Both the position numbers and the translations under genes were made by a program. Below, piece after piece: positions 9,274 to 18,233 of a stretch of 64,000 nucleotides of DNA (the first letter of the stretch is position 1; every line of letters begins with the position of its first letter). The stretch comes from Candidatus Latescibacterota bacterium. Its GTDB lineage: Bacteria; Latescibacterota; UBA2968; GCA-2709665. The stretch lies in assembly GCA_965248435.1 (NCBI GenBank), contig OZ252100.1, forward strand, positions 3,136,001-3,200,000, in the 5' to 3' direction. The notes under the pieces were generated by a model. That model saw only the letters and a list, made by a program, of their open reading frames with translations. It did not search any database and was not told the origin of the DNA.

Positions 9274-10401
9274 ATGATGAATAAGCGGCGATTAAGATAC
9301 TGCGTGACCCTGATAGTTCTGTTTCTGGCGGTGAGCGCGTGGTCGAGAGAGTGGAAGGGCGCACGCCCGGACTATGAGTGGTCATTTCCGGAGGACCATT
9401 GGGCCCGAGCAGGGTACAAGACGGAGTGGTGGTACTTTACGGGCCACCTGGAGTCCGAGTCGGGAAGGAGGTTCGGGTATCAGTTCACGATATTTCGCGT
9501 AGGACTGCTGCCTGAGCGGTTGGAGCTGTTGTCTGACTGGACGACGGAGAACCTGTTCATGGGCCACGCCGCGATCGGGGATTTCGATTCGGGACGACAC
9601 CACTTCAGTGAAGTGGTTTATCGGGCAGTGCCCCTGCTGGCCGGGTTCGGTACCTATCCCGATTCAACGATCGCCTGGTCGCGTGGGCCTGCGGGGACGG
9701 CGGGTTCCTGGAAGCTGACGTGGAACGGGAACGGCTTCGACTTTGAGATGCAGGATCGCAAGACGGGCATCGCATTTACCCTTTCAACGGAGCAAGACAA
9801 ACCGATCGCCTTTCAAGGACCCAACGGTTACAGCCGTAAGGGAGAAAGCCCGACTGCAGCGAGCCAGTACTACAGTTTGACTAGATTGAAGACGCAGGGG
9901 ACGATTTCGATCGGGGAGCAGACGGTGCCGGTTCGGGGCGAGAGCTGGATGGACAAGGAGTTCGGCTCGAACCAGCTCGAAACGCATCAGGCCGGGTGGG
10001 ACTGGTTCAGTCTTCAGCTCAGCGACGGACGGGATGTAATGCTATATTTGATCAGAGACAAGTCGGGCAAGGTCGATTTTTCCAGGGGGACGCTGATCGG
10101 AAGGCAGGGAGAAATCGACTACGTCTCGGGAGACCAGGTCTCTGTGGAGGTGATAGAGACCTGGAGGAGCTCGGAGACCGGGGCGGTATATCCGTCGCGG
10201 TGGCGGATCGGGCTCGATGGGGCAGGTCTGGAGCTGGATGTAGAACCGGAGATCGCGGACCAGGAGAATCGGAGCCGGCTGGTGTCCGGCCTGTTCTATT
10301 GGGAAGGGGCTGTTCGCGTTATGGACAGAAACGGAGTGCGGATCGGGCGCGGCTACACGGAGCTGGTCGGTTACGGAGGATCGATTCTACCCGCGATTTG
10401 A
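9274..10401 (+). CDS. AttH/CrtC-like secreted lipocalin-fold protein
   Basis: Signal peptide; FPEDH..TEWWYFTG.L, FGYQFT.FR, SQYYS, WMDKEF, GWDWFSLQL, YWEG, GYTELVGY; lies after the LolD/FtsX pair as in attEFGH-like loci. Confidence 0.88.
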   Translation: MMNKRRLRYCVTLIVLFLAVSAWSREWKGARPDYEWSFPEDHWARAGYKTEWWYFTGHLESESGRRFGYQFTIFRVGLLPERLELLSDWTTENLFMGHAAIGDFDSGRHHFSEVVYRAVPLLAGFGTYPDSTIAWSRGPAGTAGSWKLTWNGNGFDFEMQDRKTGIAFTLSTEQDKPIAFQGPNGYSRKGESPTAASQYYSLTRLKTQGTISIGEQTVPVRGESWMDKEFGSNQLETHQAGWDWFSLQLSDGRDVMLYLIRDKSGKVDFSRGTLIGRQGEIDYVSGDQVSVEVIETWRSSETGAVYPSRWRIGLDGAGLELDVEPEIADQENRSRLVSGLFYWEGAVRVMDRNGVRIGRGYTELVGYGGSILPAI

Positions 10402-10426
10402 CGAAATCTATCCACAGGAGAAATAG

Positions 10427-11122
10427 ATGAATCGAGTTCAGGACGCCAAGGCACTCACGTTCGATCTGTTCGGCACGATTCTAGATCTGGGGGGCAGTCT
10501 ACGCCCTCACATCGAGAAGTTTCTGACGCGTAAGGGTGTGGAGGTATCTGCAGACCGGTTCTGGGATCAATGGCGAGCCAGACAGCGGATCGAGCAGTTT
10601 CAGGATACGATTATGATGGTGGGTCACGCCGGTTATCTGGAGACAGTACGGAGGGCGTTCGTCTACACGTTGGGTTTGAACGGGATGGAAAGCTCCGCCG
10701 GTGAGGCGAAGCAGGTTATGGCTTCCTGGCAGGAGCTGTCTCCTTTCCCGGAGGTCCGTGCCGCCCTGGAGCGACTGAAGGACCGCTACAAACTGGTCGT
10801 TCTTTCCAACGGCGATCCCGGTTTTTTGGAGCACCTCGTGAAGAACCGTGTGGATTGGGCATTCGATGACGTGATTTCTGTGACCGAATTCGGGGCCTTT
10901 AAACCACACCCGACTGTCTACCTGGGCGCTGCGGGGATCCTCGGGTTGGAGGCGGGTGAATGCCTGATGGTCTCCGCGAACTCCTTCGATGTGGTCGGGG
11001 CCAGGGCGTGCGGACTGAAGGGGGCATTCGTGAATCGCAATCGCCTTCCGTATGATGATTCGCCTTATCGCCCGGATTTGACGGTGGAGGATTTTACGGG
11101 TTTGGCGAATGCCTTGTTGTAA
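10427..11122 (+). CDS. Haloacid dehalogenase type II (HAD superfamily)
   Basis: FDLFGT nucleophile motif, LSNG, FKP, VSANSFDVVGA. Confidence 0.88.
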   Translation: MNRVQDAKALTFDLFGTILDLGGSLRPHIEKFLTRKGVEVSADRFWDQWRARQRIEQFQDTIMMVGHAGYLETVRRAFVYTLGLNGMESSAGEAKQVMASWQELSPFPEVRAALERLKDRYKLVVLSNGDPGFLEHLVKNRVDWAFDDVISVTEFGAFKPHPTVYLGAAGILGLEAGECLMVSANSFDVVGARACGLKGAFVNRNRLPYDDSPYRPDLTVEDFTGLANALL

Positions 11123-11135
11123 ACCCGAAACCCAG

Positions 11136-11285
11136 ACCTCACCCGGCCCCTCTCCTAAAGGAGAGGGGAGGTGAGAGCAATGTTTCAAGCCAGAATGGAA
11201 TCGCGACTCTTCTGGGACGCGCTATATGCGATACGTGTGCCTGTTCCCCCCTTCCCTTTAGGGAAGGGGGGAGGGGGGGTTAGGT
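11136..11285. repeat. Pair of GC-rich REP-like hairpins in inverted arrangement
   Basis: cctcacccggcccctctcctaaaggagagggg at 11137-11168 and ccccttccctttagggaagggggg...ggttagg at 11246-11284. Confidence 0.7.
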
Positions 11286-11303
11286 TCGACCGAGGAATTC
11301 TGA

Positions 11304-12425
11304 ATGGCGAAGCAGAAAGTGTTGATCCTGTGTATCGATGGATGCGGTCCGGAGTACCTGGAGGCGAGTGAGACGCCGAACCTCGACCTGCTCGGCGAGG
11401 AGGGATTTATCATCGAAGGGAGCGCAGTGATTCCCTCTGTGACGAACGTGAACACGACGAGTATCGCCACGGGGGCCTTTCCGGACCGGCACGGGATAAC
11501 GACGAACTACCACGTAGACAGAGAGAGTGGAGAGGGTTCGTTCGTGGAGGATGATCGGTTTCTGCTCGAGCCCACGCTGTTTCAGAAGGCGAAGGCGAGC
11601 GGACTTGCGGATAAGACGGCGCTGCTGGTGACAAAAAGGAAGCTGCTTGATCTCCTGAGCGGAGGTGCCGACGTTAGAATTGCCGCGGAGGATCCGGCTC
11701 CCGAGTACATCGATTCCATCGGTCCGGCAGAACAGATCTACTCCACTGAGATCAACTTCTGGCTGCTTCGAGCATTGCGGCGCGTGCTGCGGGACAATGA
11801 TCCAGATCTGGCCTGCTGCTTCACGACGGATTGGGTCCAGCACAAATATGGCCCGAGTGAGGAAGCCTCCCTGCGACACATGGAGGAACTCGATCGTCTG
11901 ATTGGCGCCATCGTGGATGATGACCCTGAACGGCAGATCTACGTGACGGCCGATCACGGGATGCGACCCAAGACGCACGGGCTCGACCCGGAACGCCGGC
12001 TGAGAGAAGGGGGCATAGATGCGATGGCGATTCCGATCATCAAGGATCGTTACGTGGTTCATCACGGGAATCTGGGAGGGGCTGCGTATATCTTCCTTAA
12101 AGACGGGTCGGATTTTGCGAAGGCGCTCGCGCTCCTGTCGGAAGCGCCGGGCGTGGAGGAAGTCTATTCCGCGGCGGAGGCGGCGGCGATCTTTCGGTTG
12201 CACCCAGATCGCATCGGCGACATGTTTATTCTCGCAGACGAGGAGACCGTCTTCGGTCAGCTGCAGGACGCGGAAGAGACACTGTCGCTGCGTTCCCACG
12301 GCTCTCTGTACGAAGGCCGGGTGCCGATCATCGGATTCAACAGCCCGTGGTGTCCGGAAGATTTCGAGTACAACCTGGATGTGGGCCGGCTGGGGATCCT
12401 TGAAGACACGGAGGAGGAAAAGTGA
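11304..12425 (+). CDS. Alkaline phosphatase superfamily protein, phosphonoacetate hydrolase (PhnA)-like
   Basis: CIDG, PSVTNVN (Thr nucleophile), HGITTN, TTDWVQHK, TADHGM, YVVHHG, LRSHG. Confidence 0.82.
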   Translation: MAKQKVLILCIDGCGPEYLEASETPNLDLLGEEGFIIEGSAVIPSVTNVNTTSIATGAFPDRHGITTNYHVDRESGEGSFVEDDRFLLEPTLFQKAKASGLADKTALLVTKRKLLDLLSGGADVRIAAEDPAPEYIDSIGPAEQIYSTEINFWLLRALRRVLRDNDPDLACCFTTDWVQHKYGPSEEASLRHMEELDRLIGAIVDDDPERQIYVTADHGMRPKTHGLDPERRLREGGIDAMAIPIIKDRYVVHHGNLGGAAYIFLKDGSDFAKALALLSEAPGVEEVYSAAEAAAIFRLHPDRIGDMFILADEETVFGQLQDAEETLSLRSHGSLYEGRVPIIGFNSPWCPEDFEYNLDVGRLGILEDTEEEK

Positions 12426-12745
12426 AACGGGTCGGGTTTCTGCTCAAGGTCAAGAAGGAGAAGGTCGAGGAGTATCGCGCTTCCCACCAGAATGTCTGGT
12501 CCGAGATGCTGGACGCCCTTAGACGGACCGGCTGGCACAATTACTCTCTGTTTATGAGGGAGGATGGCACCCTCTTCGGTTATTTTGAAACGGAGACCAG
12601 TCTACAGCGCGCGCTCGAAGGGATGTCCAAGGAGGAAGTGAATGCTCGGTGGCAGGATGATATGTCGGAGTTCTTCGAAATTCCAGAAGGGGCACACCCT
12701 GATCAAAACCTCGTTGAACTGGATGAGATATTCCATGTGGACTGA
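12422..12745 (+). CDS. rhaM: L-rhamnose mutarotase family protein
   Basis: EYxxxHxxVWxEMLxALxxxGxxNYSLF, LFGYFE, VNARWQ. Confidence 0.85.
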   Translation: MKRVGFLLKVKKEKVEEYRASHQNVWSEMLDALRRTGWHNYSLFMREDGTLFGYFETETSLQRALEGMSKEEVNARWQDDMSEFFEIPEGAHPDQNLVELDEIFHVD

Positions 12746-12763
12746 TCGGATGGGGGATATTCC

Positions 12764-14230
12764 ATGAAGTGGATCATAGGTGGGTTCTCTCACGAGACGA
12801 ATACGTTCTCGTCAGAGGCGACTGGTCTGGAGCAGTTTCGGGAGCGGCACTATGCCGAGGGCGACGAGGTCGCGGCCGAGCTGGAAGGGACGCGAACGAA
12901 CATCGGGGGATTCCTTGATGTGATCCGCGAACGTGGAGATGAGGCCGTGCTTACGGTGTCGGCCTTCGCGACGCCATCAGGTCTGGTCACCCGGGAGGCG
13001 TTCGACACGATTTCCGGCGTGATCCTTGATGGCGTAAGGAAGCACACGGATGCTGACGGGATTCTGCTGGATCTGCACGGGGCCATGGTGCCGGAGGGAT
13101 CGGATGACGGAGAGGGATGCGTTCTTGAGATGGTGCGAGAAGTGGTCGGTCCCGAGATGCCGATCGTGGTTGCACTGGATCTGCACTCGCACATAACGGA
13201 ACTGATGGTCGAGAAAGCGGATGTCCTGATCGGATACCAGAAGTATCCCCATACAGATATGTACGAGCGAGGTGTGGAAGCGGCCAACTTGATCGTTCGC
13301 ATCGCGTCCGGCGAGGTGCATCCGGTCTGCGCCATGAGGAAACCAGGGATGATCCCTGTCCCCCCGACGTGCAACACGGAGTGGGGGCTTTACAAGTCGC
13401 TCTGGGAGGATGCGCTGCGCGCAGATCGGCCCGGCGGGATCATCTCGACCTCGCTCTTTGCCGGCTTCCCGTGGGCGGATGTCGCTCCGATCGGGTTCGC
13501 GATTCTGGTCTACACCGATGGAGACGAGAACCTGGCTCGGGAAGAAGCGGAGCGTCTCTCGGAGAAGGCATGGAACCAACGACAGGAGTTTCTCTACACC
13601 CCGACGTCCATCCCGGAGGCGGTCTCCAGGGCATTGAAGGTGGAGGGCAGGCCGGTTGTGATTCCAGATGTTGCGGACAACCCGGGCGGCGGCGGGTCGA
13701 ACGACAGCGTTGAGGTCGTTCGTGAATTGCTTGCCCAGAAGGCCCCGAGCGCGGCGATCTCTACGATCTACGACCCGATAGTGGTTCAGGAGGCAATCAA
13801 GGCCGGCGTAGGTTCGAAAGTCTCGGCCGAGCTGGGCGCGAAGACGGACGATCTGCACGGGCAGCCTTTGGAGATTGACGCGCGGGTGAGAATGATCTCT
13901 GACGGTCGGTATCGTGTTCGCGGCAGGATGTCTCAGGGCGCCTGGATGCACATGGGTCCGACTGCTGTCCTGGAGGTGGAGGGTGTTCGGATACTCGTGG
14001 CGAGTTACCGGCAGCAGACTTATGACACAGAGGCGTTCCGGTATGTGGGGATCGATCCGATGGACACGGATGTTCTGGTGGTAAAATCGGCGATGCACTT
14101 TAATGCAGCCTTCAGACCTATCGCCTCCGAGGTGATCGTCGCCGACGGGCCCGGTCTTTCATCGAACGATATGTCCCGATTCGCGTTCGAACGAATTCCC
14201 CGACCGATCTTCCCGCTTGACGATACCTGA
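12764..14230 (+). CDS. M81 family metallopeptidase (MlrC-like)
   Basis: HETNTFS, LDLHGAM, LDLH, YPHTD, DNPGGG, VVKSAMHF. Confidence 0.92.
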   Translation: MKWIIGGFSHETNTFSSEATGLEQFRERHYAEGDEVAAELEGTRTNIGGFLDVIRERGDEAVLTVSAFATPSGLVTREAFDTISGVILDGVRKHTDADGILLDLHGAMVPEGSDDGEGCVLEMVREVVGPEMPIVVALDLHSHITELMVEKADVLIGYQKYPHTDMYERGVEAANLIVRIASGEVHPVCAMRKPGMIPVPPTCNTEWGLYKSLWEDALRADRPGGIISTSLFAGFPWADVAPIGFAILVYTDGDENLAREEAERLSEKAWNQRQEFLYTPTSIPEAVSRALKVEGRPVVIPDVADNPGGGGSNDSVEVVRELLAQKAPSAAISTIYDPIVVQEAIKAGVGSKVSAELGAKTDDLHGQPLEIDARVRMISDGRYRVRGRMSQGAWMHMGPTAVLEVEGVRILVASYRQQTYDTEAFRYVGIDPMDTDVLVVKSAMHFNAAFRPIASEVIVADGPGLSSNDMSRFAFERIPRPIFPLDDT

Positions 14231-14317
14231 ATCTCGCCTGCAAAGAAGTATTTTAACATTCTGTTTTATACCCACTTGTGATCTTACTCACCTTCGAATG
14301 AGAACGTGGATAAATGC

Positions 14318-14346
14318 TTGACATTCCTCGAACCTTGGTTTACCTT
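14318..14346 (+). promoter_or_regulatory. Sigma70-type promoter
   Basis: TTGACA-17 nt-TACCTT upstream of the STAS/wHTH gene, followed by an AT-rich stretch. Confidence 0.6.
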
Positions 14347-14404
14347 GGCATATATTAATGGAATTCAGTTAACTCGATCATTCTCCCTCTTTTAGCCAGA
14401 GGAG

Positions 14405-14968
14405 GTGAGCTCGATGCTGAATCAGTGTGCCCCGTTCCAGTTCGGTGCCCCGAACGGAATCCTGACCGGTCGGGAACGGGGTGGAGATCTTCTCGAAGAC
14501 CTGATGGGGCATATGCGGAAGTCGGATTCCGAGGGTGTCGTCCCCCTTGACTTCTCCGGGATCGATTTCATGGACATCTCCTGCGCGGATGAGTTTCTCA
14601 CCAAACTGATCATGCGAATCGGGAGCGGGGAGCTCGGAACGCGGTTTGTGTATATCGAGAATGCGAACGAGTCTGTCCGAGAGACGGTCGAGGCGGTCCT
14701 GAAGCTTCGCGGGCTCGCAGCACTTCTAAAGGAGGGAGACCGGGTCGAGGTCCTGGGCAAGCTCAAGACGCCGATTCGGGAGGCGCTGGACGTGCTGCTG
14801 GAGAAGAAAGAAGGGACGTCTACGGAGCTCGCAGAGGCACTTCGAAAAAACGTGAACATCGCGTGTAATCGTCTGAACGCGCTGCAGCGCATGGGGCTTG
14901 TTTGTCGCGTTAGGGAGGGGAGTGTGCGGGGTGGCGGGCGTCAGTATTTCTACGAGTCGATTCTGTAA
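14405..14968 (+). CDS. STAS-like (DUF4325-like) domain + winged-helix DNA-binding protein
   Basis: N-terminal LTGRERG...VPLDFSGIDFMDISCADEF (STAS-like); C-terminal TSTELAEAL..NIACNRLNALQRMGLV.R..GGRQYFY (wHTH); RBS gaggag. Confidence 0.7.
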   Translation: MSSMLNQCAPFQFGAPNGILTGRERGGDLLEDLMGHMRKSDSEGVVPLDFSGIDFMDISCADEFLTKLIMRIGSGELGTRFVYIENANESVRETVEAVLKLRGLAALLKEGDRVEVLGKLKTPIREALDVLLEKKEGTSTELAEALRKNVNIACNRLNALQRMGLVCRVREGSVRGGGRQYFYESIL

Positions 14969-15033
14969 GTTGGAGTTCGCGGATTCCTTCCGTTCGTTCA
15001 GATCACACGGCTCATCTTTCACCAGGGGGAAAA

Positions 15034-15855
15034 GTGAAATCGCTCGGGACAATCATCTACGTATTCTGCTTCTGTGCAGCCGCACAGGCGGATCCTTTGG
15101 ACATTCTGTTTCCATACGAATGGCACGGCAACATCGACCGGATCGACTTCGAAGAACCTTCGGGAGTCGTCTTTCACGAAAAGCGGGGCACGCTATTCGT
15201 TGTGGGAGACGATGGAGACCTGTTGGAAATCAGAACAGATGGCGCACCGGTCCAGCAGAAGCATCTGCGGGACGCGGACCTGGAGGGAATAACATACGAT
15301 CCCGCAACAAGCCTGCTTTACCTGGCGGTTGAAGGGGAAGAACGGATCCTTGAGGTAGAGCCGGATGATTTCTCCATCCTTCGTGAGTTCACGATTCCGA
15401 GACGGGTGAACGAAAAGACGATGCTCAAGGAGGGTGGTCAGGGGATCGAAGCCATCACATTTGTGCCAAAGCGCGATCATCCCCACGGCGGCACATTCTA
15501 TGTCACCAACCAGTCCTACGACCTGAGCGACCAGGAAGACGTGTCGGCTATTTTCGAAATCGAGGTGCCTCTAAGGAGCACGGACCCTTCCGAAACGGTC
15601 GCGAGACATATTCGTCAGATCGTGCCAATGATACCCGATATGTCCGGCCTCAACTACAGTGCGACATCCAACAGTTTACTTGTCATCAGCGACGCGACAA
15701 ACTGCTTCTTCGAAATCAGTCTGTCCGGCAAGATCAAGGATGCGAAAGCGTTTCCGGGCCAGAACCAGGAAGGGATCGCCTTCGACGACAAAGGGAACAT
15801 CTACGTCGCGCAGGACTCGGGCGGTATCCTAAAAATGCGTTGGAAGTTCGAGTAG
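15034..15855 (+). CDS. Secreted SdiA-regulated/YjiK-like beta-propeller protein
   Basis: Signal peptide; repeated EPSGV, DLEGITY, GIEAIT, DMSGL, QEGIAFD blades. Confidence 0.8.
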   Translation: MKSLGTIIYVFCFCAAAQADPLDILFPYEWHGNIDRIDFEEPSGVVFHEKRGTLFVVGDDGDLLEIRTDGAPVQQKHLRDADLEGITYDPATSLLYLAVEGEERILEVEPDDFSILREFTIPRRVNEKTMLKEGGQGIEAITFVPKRDHPHGGTFYVTNQSYDLSDQEDVSAIFEIEVPLRSTDPSETVARHIRQIVPMIPDMSGLNYSATSNSLLVISDATNCFFEISLSGKIKDAKAFPGQNQEGIAFDDKGNIYVAQDSGGILKMRWKFE

Positions 15856-15885
15856 CCGGTAAACCCGTCGATCGTGAATTGTTCC

Positions 15886-15919
15886 TCGTGTCCTTTCGGA
15901 CACGACAGGATCGTCGTTC
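15886..15919. repeat. 34-nt hairpin repeat, copy 1
   Basis: tcgtgtcctttcggacacgacaggatcgtcgttc, identical to 27913-27946. Confidence 0.9.
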
Positions 15920-15990
15920 GTAAGGGCGGCGACGCAATATTTCTTGTCACTCGACAGATTGAACGCACAAGCTGATTCAGGGCGCGCCAG

Positions 15991-17172
15991 ATGCTGGATT
16001 TCGGATCTCTCAAGCAGCAGATCAACGAGATGGCGGCTGATCGGAAGTCTCTGCAAAGTGACTTTGGGAACCGGGTCGATCTCGCTGTTTCCGAGATGGA
16101 ACGGTGGGAGGATGGCTGGGACATCCTGTCGAACAGGATCGCCTCCAGCCGCACTTCGTGGCTCGTCGCCCGGCCGGGTGGGCCTTTTTCCGAGGTCTAT
16201 CCCCAGCCGGAGCGTCCCGCTGAACTGACGGTGATTGCAGCGGACGGGTCGCAGATCTTTCCGGATCGACACGAGGTGGCCAGCTGCTATCTGATCAACA
16301 TCGGCTCGGTGGCGATCCATTACGGATCAGGCGAGCGCCCCGCGATGGCGAGCCGGCCCACCCTCATCTACAAAGAGGCGGACCTCATACAGGAGTGGGC
16401 GGGGCGGCGCACGACAGTGACTCGGGAGATGGTGGGGGTGAGGCGAGGGGCGATGGAGTTCGATGAAGTGGCCAACCTTGCGGAGGACGCCCGGGCAGAA
16501 GGGAGAACGGTCGTCGGCCTGTCTGACGGGACGCTGATACTCTGGATGCTGGAGGGGAAGCCGAGTCCGATCCGGAGAGAGATCCTGGGCAGCACCCTGT
16601 CTTCGTTCGAACGTATGCGAGGCGCCGGGGTGCCCGTGGCCGGGTACATCAGCCAGCCTGGCAGTGCGGATGTGGTGAACGGCCTGCGCGTGGGCATGTG
16701 CCCTGAACGACCGCCAGATTGTGATCGATGTCCCTGGAAGACGCAAGAGGGGTCCGAGCTACCCTGTGAACCGATCGAGGGCGTCACGGACGGTGTCCTG
16801 TTCAAACGGCTGCTGAAGAAGGGTGAGCGGAGTGCGGTTTTTGGAAGCGCGTCGAAGATCCTTGACGATTACGGGGGACACCGGATATGCTTCTTCTATG
16901 TGAATACCGGCGTGGAGATTGCACGGATCGAAGTTCCGGAATGGGTGGTCGAGGGCCCGGAACTGCTGGATCTGGTCCACGCGACGGTCTGTGACCAGGC
17001 GGAGAAGGGAAACGGCTACCCGGTGGCACTGTCGGAGGCACACGAGCGAGCCGTCGTGCGCGGGACCGACCGGGAGATTTTCTATAAGTTTTTGAGAGAT
17101 GCTTTTGTGGAGCGGGATCTCAAGGCCGAGATTTCGGTGAAGAGTCTGAAGAAGCTTGCGGTATCTGTATGA
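15991..17172 (+). CDS. nurA: DNA double-strand break repair nuclease NurA
   Basis: AADGSQ, DGTL, ARIEVPEW and GYPVALSEAHERAVV motifs; internal C..CxxC..C cluster. Confidence 0.9.
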   Translation: MLDFGSLKQQINEMAADRKSLQSDFGNRVDLAVSEMERWEDGWDILSNRIASSRTSWLVARPGGPFSEVYPQPERPAELTVIAADGSQIFPDRHEVASCYLINIGSVAIHYGSGERPAMASRPTLIYKEADLIQEWAGRRTTVTREMVGVRRGAMEFDEVANLAEDARAEGRTVVGLSDGTLILWMLEGKPSPIRREILGSTLSSFERMRGAGVPVAGYISQPGSADVVNGLRVGMCPERPPDCDRCPWKTQEGSELPCEPIEGVTDGVLFKRLLKKGERSAVFGSASKILDDYGGHRICFFYVNTGVEIARIEVPEWVVEGPELLDLVHATVCDQAEKGNGYPVALSEAHERAVVRGTDREIFYKFLRDAFVERDLKAEISVKSLKKLAVSV

Positions 17173-18146
17173 CACAGTTAGGATTTGACACGTCGACCGA
17201 AAACATAAGAGGGCACTTGAAGTCGGTATTCCTCAGCTATTCTTGGGACTCCGAGGCCCATACAGTATGGGTGGCGCGGCTTGGAGACGCGCTCCGTGGG
17301 GCTGGTCTGGACGTGCGATTGGACCAGGTTGATCTACGCCCCGGTTCCGACCTCACCAAGTATATGGAGACTGCAGTGCGTGAGTCCGACTATGTCTTGC
17401 TGATCTGCACACCGGGATTTGCACAACGCTCTGACGCACGGATCGGCGGCGTGGGGTACGAGCACGGATTGGTCACGGGAGAGATCTTTTCGGGTGTTGC
17501 AGAAACCGAGAAGTTCATCCCCATCCTTCGAGGAGACCCTGCGGAGTCGATCCCGAGCTTCCTGCGAAGTCGCAAGTGGGTTGACTTCCGAGAGGAACCT
17601 ATGTTCGACGCAAGAGTCGCTGAGCTCATCTCCAGTATTTGCCACGGAATCTCCAAATCCGACTTCGGAACGCAGGATCTTGGAGCGACCCACAGGGATG
17701 CGGACATCAACGAGGATCTACGTGTCTACAAGGGAGCGTTCGACTTCGCTTGTACCAAGATGGGTAAGACGAAGAGCTCAGCTGAGGATTTTTCTGAGGA
17801 ATATCAACGGGACTGGTCGCTCGCAGCGCTCAGGGTATTCGAGCAGGTCTTTACATTTGCGAATTCGTCGATGAAGCTGTCGCGGTCTGACGCCGAAGAC
17901 TTCGCGCTGAAGTGGATGGAGCATGACGGCTACGACCATTTCGATCAGTATCGAGATGCGTTCGAGTTCGCGGCATCAAGGGATGGAAGAAATCTTTGTG
18001 CCTCAGAAGCTCGCAGATTCGTTGGGGACTTCGAGGAGGAGGTCGGCCTCGAGCACTTCCACAGATTCAAGCAGGCGTTCCGCATCGCTAGGGACGGAGG
18101 CAGGTCGCGTTCCGACGCTGAGGATTTCGCCTTCGACCAACTGTAG
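17169..18146 (+). CDS. TIR/SEFIR-domain protein with four C-terminal helical repeats
   Basis: VFLSYSWD, LDQVDLRPG.DL..YME, VLLICTP, GGVGYE, KFIPILR, WVDF; repeats begin at aa 184, 221, 258, 297. Confidence 0.88.
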   Translation: MTQLGFDTSTENIRGHLKSVFLSYSWDSEAHTVWVARLGDALRGAGLDVRLDQVDLRPGSDLTKYMETAVRESDYVLLICTPGFAQRSDARIGGVGYEHGLVTGEIFSGVAETEKFIPILRGDPAESIPSFLRSRKWVDFREEPMFDARVAELISSICHGISKSDFGTQDLGATHRDADINEDLRVYKGAFDFACTKMGKTKSSAEDFSEEYQRDWSLAALRVFEQVFTFANSSMKLSRSDAEDFALKWMEHDGYDHFDQYRDAFEFAASRDGRNLCASEARRFVGDFEEEVGLEHFHRFKQAFRIARDGGRSRSDAEDFAFDQL

Positions 18147-18233
18147 AGGTGAAAGGCTAGCTCGCGATTGCTGTAGGCTGACCGCGCAGCAGAATTCGTG
18201 AGACTGATGTATCGCACTAAATGAGGAGGCATC

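Noticed and set aside
11280-14098. Long antisense ORFs (11280-12299, 12977-14098; likewise 20750-21577, 37602-38714, 42647-43807, 52906-53889, and the same-strand alternate-frame ORF 61070-61978)
   Set aside because: They shadow well-supported genes, have no recognisable motifs, and are expected in GC-rich DNA.
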